Below, piece by piece: positions 9,264-17,709 of a stretch of DNA of 64,000 nucleotides (position 1 is the stretch's first letter; each line of letters starts with the position of its first letter). This stretch comes from a virus. Taxonomy: Duplodnaviria > Caudoviricetes. The notes under the pieces are model-generated. The model did not search any database. It was not told the DNA's origin and worked only from the letters and a program-made list of their open reading frames with translations. The stretch covers positions 128,001 to 192,000 of IMG/VR virus record IMGVR_UViG_3300043434_000734; one strand, written 5' to 3'. Made by a program: the position numbers and the translations under genes.

Positions 9264-9578
9264 TTACCACTTAGGTGCCTCTTCCTTAAACTCATCACCC
9301 TCCTTTTTCTTAGGTTTTGGTTGAGGTTGTGTCGGCTCTGACGATTTTTCTTTAATTATTATAGTCTTTCCACCTGCAGCTTGTTGTTGAGCTTGTTGAT
9401 TTGAGTTTGTAATATTAATCACCGGCGCAGCCTGTTGTACTGGTGTTTCTTCTTTATCACCACCCGTTAATTGTGTTGTGAACCAACCACCTACACCTAG
9501 TGTAATTGTTGATACTAACCCTAATAGAATGTTCTTTAACGAACCTCCTGTACTTTCTGATTTTTCTTCTTCTGCCAT
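9264..9578 (-). CDS. Single-TM protein with Q/P/K-rich tail
   Basis: LKNILLGLVSTITLGVGGWF TM segment. Confidence 0.6.
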   Translation of the reverse strand: MAEEEKSESTGGSLKNILLGLVSTITLGVGGWFTTQLTGGDKEETPVQQAAPVINITNSNQQAQQQAAGGKTIIIKEKSSEPTQPQPKPKKKEGDEFKEEAPKW

Positions 9579-9597
9579 TGTATTTGTTTTTATATAA

Positions 9598-9978
9598 TTA
9601 TTGTATTTTATTAAAATCTGTTATTCCTAATTGTCTATTGTCGGAATTAAATAATCCAATTCTGTATGCTGATTTTGGGAGGGCATTAGTATATACCTTT
9701 AATACATTATCTCCGGCAACAACATTCATAGTTTCTTTTGAGACTACTCGATTTGCGATATCAAATATTTTAACCGTAACCGAACCAGAGGTTTCCATTT
9801 TAAGGTTCATTGCAACTTCTGAAGTTACAAATGCAGTCTGTAATTTAATACCAACTGAGTTATTAATTTTAAGTTCTTCAGATACTGATTGTGGTATTGG
9901 TACAATATCTTCTTTATAACATCCCGTTAATATTGTCGACACAAGTACCAATAAGAGAATTTTTTTCATTTTTGCCAT
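9598..9978 (-). CDS. Lipoprotein consisting of a T9SS C-terminal-domain-like Ig fold
   Basis: Lipobox LTGC followed by YKED; VTVKIFDIANRVV..GDN..TNALPKSAYRIGL. Confidence 0.6.
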   Translation of the reverse strand: MAKMKKILLLVLVSTILTGCYKEDIVPIPQSVSEELKINNSVGIKLQTAFVTSEVAMNLKMETSGSVTVKIFDIANRVVSKETMNVVAGDNVLKVYTNALPKSAYRIGLFNSDNRQLGITDFNKIQ

Positions 9979-9980
9979 TT

Positions 9981-10325
9981 TTAATTTACTATTATTGTTG
10001 TCTTTTTTAATTCTTTCCTATCCACATCTTCGAGTACCAAATATAAATATCCCTTGGGTAGTGAATTAGTGTAAATCTTCTTTACATTTTCACCATTTTG
10101 TCCAATAAATTTTTCTCGACCTATTACCTGATTTGTGTTTTTATCTATTAGTGTTAAATAATGAATAGTATTCGATGTTAAATCAAAGTGTATAGATTGA
10201 CCATTTGAAACACTACTTTCGGTTACACTAAATATATCATCTTTGGCCATAACCTTTGGGTACGGTATTTCAGGTTTAGTACACCCCCAAAGTAAAATAA
10301 CCCATATAAATAATATTCGTTTCAT
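9981..10325 (-). CDS. Lipoprotein, T9SS-CTD-like paralogue
   Basis: Lipobox LWGC; LTLIDKNTNQVI..GEN..IYTNSLPKGYLYLVL..KKTTIIVN. Confidence 0.55.
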   Translation of the reverse strand: MKRILFIWVILLWGCTKPEIPYPKVMAKDDIFSVTESSVSNGQSIHFDLTSNTIHYLTLIDKNTNQVIGREKFIGQNGENVKKIYTNSLPKGYLYLVLEDVDRKELKKTTIIVN

Positions 10326-12262
10326 TATTTTAATTTTACTTTTAACTGTGTCCCACCCTTATTTACGGCATCTGTTGTTGATATCGATGTCAACCCCAAA
10401 ATACTACTTAATCCCATTTTCGGTAGAAATGTTATTTTGTATTCCGTTGTCTTATCTAATATAGTTGAACCATCAGTAATCAATGAACCTAACGTTATAT
10501 TATCACCTTTATCGGTCCCAAAATTAGTAGGATTACCTTTTGTTGTGAATTCTATTTTTTGAAATTCTAAAGCCGCATTATCATAGTTTAATTGAAATTG
10601 TGTACCAACTAATTCTTGTTCTAATGGGTCTACCGAAAGTGTTACAATCAACTTATTACCTACATTTTCGCTCATAACTAACACATTTACTTCATTGGTG
10701 GTTGTTTTACTTACCAAACTCATAGTTCTAATCGAATTACTACCAACACTACTTACACTTTGTTGTGCGGAATGTGATAGATTTATATCCCCTAACCAAG
10801 TGCCTGATATATTAAATACATCCGTTGAATTTGTGGTATTGATATCAAATACATAAGTGTTTCCTATGTATTTTGGAAACGTATTCCAATTGGATTTACC
10901 AATTGTATTATAAGTTTGCGTTGGTACTAATTTCACTAAATTAGGAAAGGTAAATGTATCTACTATATTATTAAATCCTGTCAAATGTTGTAATAATCGA
11001 TATGTATCTGATTCATTAAAAATTCCATCTCCGTTTACGTCGGCATTCATATATTGAACGCCATTTGTGAATTCCAGTCCATTTTGATTTCCTAAGATTC
11101 CACCATTTGATAATTCTTTAAATGCCAAATACACGTCCGATACCGTCACAACACTATTATATAATGTAGATAATGAATTTGTTGTCATTATCACTGATTG
11201 TGGTTTGTATTGTTGAATTTGATTAAATGTAAATTCGGCTTTTGTTCCATACCAACCATTTTGTAAACGAAGATATGATTGATATGTGGATGACGTAATT
11301 TTAGTTGAAATATTTGGAACGATTCGGAATATCTTCCAACCGCCAGCATCTTGTACATAAGTTATTGGTCCGTCGTATATATCAAATAATTGAATTGATT
11401 TAACATCTGATGGTGAAATACCCGTACCATCAAACTCTCTCGCATCTATGTATAATCGATGTCCACCAAATGATGTGGAATACACATCTATAATTGCCCA
11501 TTCAACTGAACCTGGAGTTGTTAGTGATTTGTATCCGTTTGGTATTTTGGTAGTATCTAATGAGTTCGTAACATCCACCACACCAGTTGAACTTAATGTA
11601 GTTCCACTTACTGATAATTTTGTTTTATCTAAATTACTACCAAAATCAAAATTGATTTTTGCTTGTTTGGTTGGAACACTTGCCACATTGGTTACTTCAT
11701 TTGTCCAATATGAATATACTTGTGGTGCGGAAGGTTTTGACCAATGTAAGTAAAATGCTTCTCCACCACCATATTCCTGAAATCTTGCAACCACCGAATA
11801 TCTTCTTCCGGCAATTAAATTTATCTGACCATATTGATACCCACTTGCCCCGTGTCCACCATAATATGATGTTACCACAACCCCATCAATTAATAAATCA
11901 GAAGCATCGTCTGAATTCACACCAAAGGTATATGTTCCGGTTTCTTGTGGTATAAAAAAGAATTCAAATTTATACCCAAAGTAATCACTAGCCCAACGAG
12001 GTACATTAAATGAACCGGTTGCAATATTTTGTAAAGTGGTTTCTCCTGTTCTGAATATTGTTGTGTTTGAATTTGTTGTGTTAAACATCGTAACAAAATC
12101 GGATGAAGTATTGGCAAATGCACTATATTGATTTGTTACACCGTTTCCATTGTGGGTTTTGTAAGAAGTATAATTAACATATCCCCAACCCGATTGAGCT
12201 AAGGATATGTTATATGTTAATACCAATAATAAAAGTACAAGTAATTTTTTCATACTACTCAA
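10325..12262 (-). CDS. Exported PA14 + dockerin + cohesin-like protein
   Basis: Signal peptide; PA14 (FFIPQETGTYTFGVNSDDASDLLIDG..QEYGGG); dockerin ADVNGDGIFNESD; cohesin-like LVGTQFQLNYDNAALEF. Confidence 0.75.
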   Translation of the reverse strand: MSSMKKLLVLLLLVLTYNISLAQSGWGYVNYTSYKTHNGNGVTNQYSAFANTSSDFVTMFNTTNSNTTIFRTGETTLQNIATGSFNVPRWASDYFGYKFEFFFIPQETGTYTFGVNSDDASDLLIDGVVVTSYYGGHGASGYQYGQINLIAGRRYSVVARFQEYGGGEAFYLHWSKPSAPQVYSYWTNEVTNVASVPTKQAKINFDFGSNLDKTKLSVSGTTLSSTGVVDVTNSLDTTKIPNGYKSLTTPGSVEWAIIDVYSTSFGGHRLYIDAREFDGTGISPSDVKSIQLFDIYDGPITYVQDAGGWKIFRIVPNISTKITSSTYQSYLRLQNGWYGTKAEFTFNQIQQYKPQSVIMTTNSLSTLYNSVVTVSDVYLAFKELSNGGILGNQNGLEFTNGVQYMNADVNGDGIFNESDTYRLLQHLTGFNNIVDTFTFPNLVKLVPTQTYNTIGKSNWNTFPKYIGNTYVFDINTTNSTDVFNISGTWLGDINLSHSAQQSVSSVGSNSIRTMSLVSKTTTNEVNVLVMSENVGNKLIVTLSVDPLEQELVGTQFQLNYDNAALEFQKIEFTTKGNPTNFGTDKGDNITLGSLITDGSTILDKTTEYKITFLPKMGLSSILGLTSISTTDAVNKGGTQLKVKLK

Positions 12263-13904
12263 TTATTAAATCGACTTTATTTCCTTTTGAGTCGACAGCA
12301 TCGGATAATACAAAATAGAATAATCCGGCGGTATTTGTTAAAGATGTTTTTGGTGTAAATATTAATTTGTAAGGTGTACCAACTTTAATTCTTGATGTTT
12401 TTAATTGGTCAATGGAACCAAATGTCAATCTACCATTTTCGTGTGTTGAGAAGTTAGTGATTGTCGAACCCGAATCAAATATTACATTATCCAAAGTTAA
12501 TTTAGATTCGTCGTAATTCATTACAACTTGTAAACCCGCTAATTCCGATTTGGTTAATGTTGTTGTTAAAATAACTTTTCCATTTTCTAAGGTAGAAGTG
12601 ATACCCAATGTTACCTTCTCGAGTGATGTTGTTTTATAAGACATTGGTGAAGTGCTCATAGTTTTTAATGAATTGGTGTTTTTATTACTCACCGAATTAG
12701 TATATTGTCCGTCACTTATTTTAGTTGCAATTACTGACGGGTCGGATGAATGTGACCAATTTAAATCCCCACCCCAAGCAAAAACGGCATATACTTCTTT
12801 AATTGGAGAATCAATTATTACCTTATTTTTAACCATACCATCTAACCAACTTTGATTTAATAAACCACTATACCATCTGACCGATGTTGAGGTACTTGTT
12901 GGAATCATAGCCAATGTTGACATATCTTGACCCATTACGTGAGCAAATAAAGTATATGAATCACTTTCACCAAATGAATTACCATTTAGTGTAACCTTAC
13001 CTATCTTTTTTTCTAACTCAGGTAAAGTAAAGTAATTTCCGGTTCCACTAATATCAGTTTGTGAATGACCTAAAAATGCTTTATATGCGTCCGATACCGT
13101 CACAATATTATTCATCCAACTTTTCTGAAATGCTGCACCAACGAATACACCAACTGAATCACCCACTTTAACTTGTGTGGTAAAAAGTACTTCACCACTG
13201 GCATCTAATGGTAATTGTGCAATAGGTTGTTGTGACCAATCAATATCACCACTACCATCCGATTTTAATTTCATCAGTTGAACATTATGGTCTGTGATGT
13301 TATATCCCTGTGGATATAACACTTTTACTTTAAATTGAGAAGTGTTACCTGTCACACTATTCAAAGATGACCACCCACCACCATAAATAGTTCCCACATT
13401 TGAACCATCGATATCGGTACCTGTAGCTAAATCTATTTTGAAAATATTATTGTATGTATTTTGATCTTTTAGAATATATTTCTGAGTTGCAATCAAACCA
13501 CTAATCGAAGCATCCGCTCTTTGAACTGTTAATTGACCAACATTCCAATCTGCATTAACCACATAATTCCAAGGCGTTAAACCATATTGAACATCTAAAT
13601 CATTATCACTTGCACCACCATTGAAATTAAATTTGTAATTGTTCCAACCTGTATAAAAAGTTTGAGCGGAGGAACCTTGATTAAATGTCGTTGAAATATA
13701 TGACAGTGCTTTGTTATTGTACTGATATCTAAACCAAAGATAACGAGGATTTTTAATCACTTGTCCTTTTGATAATGTATATTTGACAGTAATCGTGTCA
13801 CCAACCTTTAATCCGGTTGTGGGTGTTAGTGATTGACTAATTGTTAATTGACCAAATGATGTTAGACTTATTAATAGTAAACATAAGGAGAGAAGTTTTT
13901 TCAT
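12255..13904 (-). CDS. Exported cohesin + degenerate dockerin + cohesin-like protein
   Basis: Signal peptide; GDTITVKY..FRYQYNNKALSY; IVTVSDAY..GESDSY; LAGLQVVMNYDESKLTL; C-terminus paralogous to the neighbouring gene. Confidence 0.65.
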   Translation of the reverse strand: MKKLLSLCLLLISLTSFGQLTISQSLTPTTGLKVGDTITVKYTLSKGQVIKNPRYLWFRYQYNNKALSYISTTFNQGSSAQTFYTGWNNYKFNFNGGASDNDLDVQYGLTPWNYVVNADWNVGQLTVQRADASISGLIATQKYILKDQNTYNNIFKIDLATGTDIDGSNVGTIYGGGWSSLNSVTGNTSQFKVKVLYPQGYNITDHNVQLMKLKSDGSGDIDWSQQPIAQLPLDASGEVLFTTQVKVGDSVGVFVGAAFQKSWMNNIVTVSDAYKAFLGHSQTDISGTGNYFTLPELEKKIGKVTLNGNSFGESDSYTLFAHVMGQDMSTLAMIPTSTSTSVRWYSGLLNQSWLDGMVKNKVIIDSPIKEVYAVFAWGGDLNWSHSSDPSVIATKISDGQYTNSVSNKNTNSLKTMSTSPMSYKTTSLEKVTLGITSTLENGKVILTTTLTKSELAGLQVVMNYDESKLTLDNVIFDSGSTITNFSTHENGRLTFGSIDQLKTSRIKVGTPYKLIFTPKTSLTNTAGLFYFVLSDAVDSKGNKVDLIIE

Positions 13905-13906
13905 TT

Positions 13907-14425
13907 TTACTTTTTGTTAAAAAATGTTTTATTAATTAACGATTCACACGTTTTTTTTATGGCAGACGATAACGCTTGTTGATTAACTTTATCACTACCC
14001 TCATCAGTAATTAACGTTGAGGTGGATATTTCCGAACTGGATTCTTCTGAGGTCGACTCTTTAAGTTTCTTACCTGTGTTATCGGTAAGAATCCCTTTCA
14101 TAATAACCAAAGTTTCCTCAACGTCTGAATGAAATACTGACACATTACGTTTTGTTCTATTAACGTCAAAGTATAAAATAACAGCACCAAATATTAAATC
14201 GGCCTGACTTTTGTCCTCCACGATGAAAAACTCCTTGTCTTGTAAAATTTCTTGAAAAATGTTTTTAACACCAAAAGCGAAGTTTCGGTTACCGGTAAAT
14301 TTACCAATTTTGATTTTGTTCTCAACCTCACCAATATATACTTTTCTCGTTTCCTGAGCATATGAAGAGAGTGCTAGGAATGAAAGTAATAAAAGGAGGA
14401 GAGAGGTTCCCTTTATTTTTGTCAT
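13907..14425 (-). CDS. Second CsgG-like exported protein
   Basis: Likely ATG at 14425, 4-5 nt after TATTTAT; signal peptide; FAFGVKNIFQEIL; C-terminal NQQALSSAIKK resembling NQSTISIATKK of 7283-8002. Confidence 0.5.
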   Translation of the reverse strand: MTKIKGTSLLLLLLSFLALSSYAQETRKVYIGEVENKIKIGKFTGNRNFAFGVKNIFQEILQDKEFFIVEDKSQADLIFGAVILYFDVNRTKRNVSVFHSDVEETLVIMKGILTDNTGKKLKESTSEESSSEISTSTLITDEGSDKVNQQALSSAIKKTCESLINKTFFNKK

Positions 14426-14535
14426 ACCAATAAATACTCCGCATTTAAGTACTGACAAAAATCATATTTAAAAAAATTACTAATATTTTGTTTTGTTATT
14501 AAAATATTGTATATTAGACATATAAACATAAAAAT

Positions 14536-15318
14536 ATGAGTAATTTTAAACATCTTACCGAATTGGAAATCCAACAAATGACATTTGATTGGAGATATAG
14601 AGGTTTCACAGTTTTGGAACTTTTAACCGAAGAAGAATGTGATGAAATAAATGATGAATTGGAAGGATTACGTCAAGCACGTATCGGTACGACTACCGAA
14701 GACGGTAAAGCTTGGGGTGAGTGGGACCCATTCGCATATCCACACAAACTATCTGATAAATTAGCAAAATTATACGTTCACCCTAAACTTATTGAGGCTT
14801 GTGAGTTTTTGATGGAAGGTGAAATCGTAGGTATGCAAAGTTGGGCATATTTTAAACCACCTGGACAATTGGGTAGAGATCAACACCAAAACGCATTTTA
14901 TACTGGATGTAAACATAATGAAATTATCAATACCGCGTTAGCTTTAGATAATCACGACGAGGGTAATGGTGCGGTTTGGAACTATGAGGGTTCACACAGA
15001 TTACCGACATTACCTATTGAGGTGGATGAAGAAAGAACGAAAACGAATCCATCGTTTTGGAGAAATGAAAGAGGTAAACCTTGTATTATGCCCGAAGGAC
15101 ACGATTTCCGTAAAGTGGAAGGTATTTTGAAAAAAGGACAAGTCGTTTTACTTCACTCACACTGTGTACACGGTTCCGAAGCTAACAATTCAAATAGAAT
15201 GAGAAGAAACTATTTGGGTGGATTTTTAAAGAAAGGGGCTTATTACAATCAAGGAAGTCATATGAAACGTGAACCAATTGACGTTTATGAATTAAGAGAT
15301 AAACATTGGGGGAAATAA
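14536..15318 (+). CDS. Phytanoyl-CoA dioxygenase (PhyH)-family 2OG-Fe(II) enzyme
   Basis: YFKPPG, HQN, ALALD, NGAV..YEGSH, LLHSHCVHGS..N.S.R.RR. Confidence 0.85.
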   Translation: MSNFKHLTELEIQQMTFDWRYRGFTVLELLTEEECDEINDELEGLRQARIGTTTEDGKAWGEWDPFAYPHKLSDKLAKLYVHPKLIEACEFLMEGEIVGMQSWAYFKPPGQLGRDQHQNAFYTGCKHNEIINTALALDNHDEGNGAVWNYEGSHRLPTLPIEVDEERTKTNPSFWRNERGKPCIMPEGHDFRKVEGILKKGQVVLLHSHCVHGSEANNSNRMRRNYLGGFLKKGAYYNQGSHMKREPIDVYELRDKHWGK

Positions 15319-15321
15319 ACT

Positions 15322-15708
15322 ATGAAAAAACCAAATGTCATAAACGTTCACGAATGTCCTGAATGTAAAGTACCCAAAGGATGGGGTGAAGAAATTATTA
15401 TTTGCAATCACGAATTATATTGTGGTAAATTAATGTGTTTCAAAAAGGGTGCAATGTTTTCAATGCACTACCATATGATTAAAGATGAGACTTGGTACGT
15501 AAACGAGGGTGAATTTTTATATCGATGGATTGATACTGAGACAGCAGTGGTAAACGAACAACATTTAAAAGTAGGTGATGTTGTGAGACAACTACCAGGA
15601 CAACCTCATCAATTAGAGGCATTAACTGACGGTGTGGTTTTTGAAGTTTCCACGGAACACTTTGATTCTGACTCATATAGAGTTTGGAAAGGAGATTCAC
15701 AAAAATAA
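15322..15708 (+). CDS. Cupin-domain protein (sugar-isomerase-like)
   Basis: PKGWG.E, FSMHYHMIKDETWYV, PGQPHQL, EVSTEHFDSDSYR. Confidence 0.8.
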   Translation: MKKPNVINVHECPECKVPKGWGEEIIICNHELYCGKLMCFKKGAMFSMHYHMIKDETWYVNEGEFLYRWIDTETAVVNEQHLKVGDVVRQLPGQPHQLEALTDGVVFEVSTEHFDSDSYRVWKGDSQK

Positions 15709-15738
15709 AATATATTTAACTTTTCTTGATTATATACA

Positions 15739-15756
15739 TATTTATATGTATCTTTG
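15739..15756 (+). promoter_or_regulatory. Overlapping TATTTATA motif and Bacteroidota -7 box (TATCTTTG) ahead of the tRNA island
   Basis: TATTTATA 15739-15746; TAnnTTTG 15749-15756. Confidence 0.65.
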
Positions 15757-15786
15757 TAAAAAGAAACAAACATTAATAAAAATTCA

Positions 15787-15885
15787 ATGAGACAATTTAC
15801 ACATACAATGTCGTTTACAATCTGTTCAAAATGGGCGGATGAAACTCGTATGTCCAATAGTCTCAGAGATATTAATCACGGTTAA
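15787..15885 (+). CDS. Putative leader peptide (32 aa, MRQFTHTMSFTICSKWADETRMSNSLRDINHG)
   Basis: Short ORF between promoter and terminator; not in the ORF track. Confidence 0.55.
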   Translation: MRQFTHTMSFTICSKWADETRMSNSLRDINHG

Positions 15886-15911
15886 ATGTAAGTTTAACTA
15901 ATAGAATTAAG

Positions 15912-15945
15912 AAACCCTGAGACTTCAAAATCTCAGGGTTTTTTG
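15912..15945 (+). terminator. Intrinsic terminator / attenuator directly before tRNA-Ala
   Basis: AAACCCTGAGA-cttcaaaa-TCTCAGGGTTT plus U-tract. Confidence 0.85.
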
Positions 15946-15950
15946 TTTAT

Positions 15951-16023
15951 GGGCCTGATGTCAACGGCAGACCATCTGATTTGCAATCAGAATGAATGGG
16001 TTCGATTCCCACAGCGTCCACCA
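15951..16023 (+). tRNA. trnA: tRNA-Ala(TGC), CCA encoded
   Basis: tctga-tttgcaa-tcaga; G3:U70; TTCGA loop; one bulge in the acceptor stem. Confidence 0.8.
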
Positions 16024-16026
16024 AAT

Positions 16027-16099
16027 TGGAATGTAGCTCAATGGTGAGAGCATCCGCCTGATACGCGGAAGGTTATAAGTTCGAGTCTTATCATTCCAA
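16027..16099 (+). tRNA. trnI: tRNA-Ile(GAT)
   Basis: tccgc-ctgatac-gcgga; full cloverleaf. Confidence 0.92.
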
Positions 16100-16104
16100 C
16101 ATTG

Positions 16105-16177
16105 GGAACTTTGGTATAGCCGGTGCGTACGTTGGACTGAAAATCCGAAGGAACAAGTTCGATTCTTGTAGGTTCCA
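16105..16177 (+). tRNA. trnF: tRNA-Phe(GAA)
   Basis: ttgga-ctgaaaa-tccga. Confidence 0.9.
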
Positions 16178-16240
16178 CAAATAAAGTAAAATTTGAACGA
16201 TAAAGTTAATCACTTTATTAAACAGAAATAACTTTATTAT

Positions 16241-16314
16241 GACCTCTTAGCTCAGTTGGTTAGAGCACCTCACTTTTAATGAGGGAGTCCCGCGTTCGAG
16301 TCGCGGAGGGGTCA
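16241..16314 (+). tRNA. trnK: tRNA-Lys(TTT)
   Basis: cctca-cttttaa-tgagg. Confidence 0.93.
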
Positions 16315-16319
16315 CACAC

Positions 16320-16392
16320 ACGGGTATGGTGAAAATGGTTATCATTTTAGTCTCCAAAACTAAAGTTCCTGATTCGAGTTCAGGTATCCGTG
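16320..16392 (+). tRNA. trnW: tRNA-Trp(CCA)
   Basis: ttagt-ctccaaa-actaa. Confidence 0.88.
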
Positions 16393-16453
16393 CAAATGTT
16401 CGATTTTTTTAGTCCGTTTCGAACTTTCGTGATATTTATAAATAAAGAACATT

Positions 16454-16993
16454 ATGAAAGAAGAAATATTAAAATTAAGAAATGAAGGTAAAACATTTAA
16501 CCAAATAAAAGAAATAATAAAATGTTCTAAATCTACAATTTCATATTATTGTAGTGAAGGGCAAAAAGAAAAAACAAAAATTAGAACTAAAAAGAGGAGA
16601 GAAAACATTATAATTGATAAATTAGAAAGATTTAAATATAGAAAATCTAAATCGAATAAAGAACGAATTAGAAAATTCAATAAAAGAGATAATCAAATGG
16701 ATGGATTAGTTAACAAAAAAATAGAAATTACATTCACATTTGAAGATGTTATCAAGAAGTTTGGTTATAGTACTGTTTGTTATCTTTCCGGAGAAAAAAT
16801 AAATTTAAATGAAAACACATACCATTTTGACCATATTTTACCATCAAGTAGAGGTGGTGATAACACATTAGAAAATTTAGGTGTTACACACGAAATTGTA
16901 AATAAAATGAAAGGGGACTTAACACCAAAGGAACTTATTCTTTGGTGTGAAAAAATTTTGAAATATAATGGATATGATGTAAATAAAATTTAA
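16454..16993 (+). CDS. HTH + HNH endonuclease (probable homing endonuclease) inside the tRNA array
   Basis: N-terminal HTH (GKTFNQIKEIIKCSKSTISYY); CYLSG..FDHILPSSRGGDNTLENL..VNKMKG; own TATTTATA at 16433. Confidence 0.85.
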   Translation: MKEEILKLRNEGKTFNQIKEIIKCSKSTISYYCSEGQKEKTKIRTKKRRENIIIDKLERFKYRKSKSNKERIRKFNKRDNQMDGLVNKKIEITFTFEDVIKKFGYSTVCYLSGEKINLNENTYHFDHILPSSRGGDNTLENLGVTHEIVNKMKGDLTPKELILWCEKILKYNGYDVNKI

Positions 16994-17039
16994 TATTATG
17001 AAAAAAGAATTCGATATGCATTAGTTAAACTAATCGCAT

Positions 17040-17243
17040 ATGACAAACAAAGAGTACAGAGTAAAGAGAATGAAACAATCACACGATTATTGTTTCATAT
17101 GTCAGAAGAGAAATGGAAGTTGGTATTATGATTGCTCCCCAACTTTTGTTCACGGAAGACACGGTAATGGGAAACCGATTGAATCTCATAAAAGAAGAGA
17201 GTATAGAAGTTGGAAGTACAACAGAAAAACTCAATGGAAGTAA
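17040..17243 (+). CDS. Small basic Cys/His-containing hypothetical protein
   Basis: ORF track; CFIC..C..H. Confidence 0.5.
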   Translation: MTNKEYRVKRMKQSHDYCFICQKRNGSWYYDCSPTFVHGRHGNGKPIESHKRREYRSWKYNRKTQWK

Positions 17244-17272
17244 TGTTTACTATTAACAGTAAACAGTAAACG

Positions 17273-17344
17273 GGTCTCTTGGTGTAACGGATAGCACGAA
17301 ACACTACGGATGTTTTAGTAAGGGTTCAAATCCTTTAGAGACCT
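17273..17344 (+). tRNA. trnR: tRNA-Arg(ACG)
   Basis: aaaca-ctacgga-tgttt. Confidence 0.88.
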
Positions 17345-17405
17345 CAATGTTCACAAATTTTTAATGTTCACGTTCCGTGAACAAACAAAAAAAGTGAACA
17401 AAAAA

Positions 17406-17476
17406 GTCAGGTTGGCCGAGCGGCTAGGTGAAGGTCTGCAAAACCTTTAAGATAGGTTCGACTCCTATACTTGACT
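17406..17476 (+). tRNA. trnC: tRNA-Cys(GCA)
   Basis: aaggt-ctgcaaa-acctt. Confidence 0.92.
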
Positions 17477-17481
17477 CTTAT

Positions 17482-17553
17482 GGTGTTTGAAGCTTTAAGG
17501 TGAAGCACGAGTTTGTGGAGCTCGGGAAGACGGTTCGATACCGTTCATACACC
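17482..17553 (+). tRNA. trnH: tRNA-His(GTG)
   Basis: cgagt-ttgtgga-gctcg; G-1:C73. Confidence 0.88.
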
Positions 17554-17558
17554 CATAT

Positions 17559-17629
17559 TGCGGGGAGGAAGGTTCCCGACCAGTCTCATAAGCTGTGTCT
17601 CCCGAGTTCGATTCTCGGCCCCGCAACCA
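17559..17629 (+). tRNA. trnM: tRNA-Met(CAT) with shortened D-arm, CCA encoded
   Basis: tgcgggg/ccccgca acceptor stem; ctcataa loop. Confidence 0.75.
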
Positions 17630-17680
17630 AAAAGTTTTAAAAATAATTTGAAATAATTTCGGATATTCGTATTTATTTCT

Positions 17681-17688
17681 TACATTTG
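17681..17688 (+). promoter_or_regulatory. Bacteroidota -7 promoter box
   Basis: TACATTTG. Confidence 0.6.
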
Positions 17689-17709
17689 TAAAACAATAAT
17701 GACAGAAAA

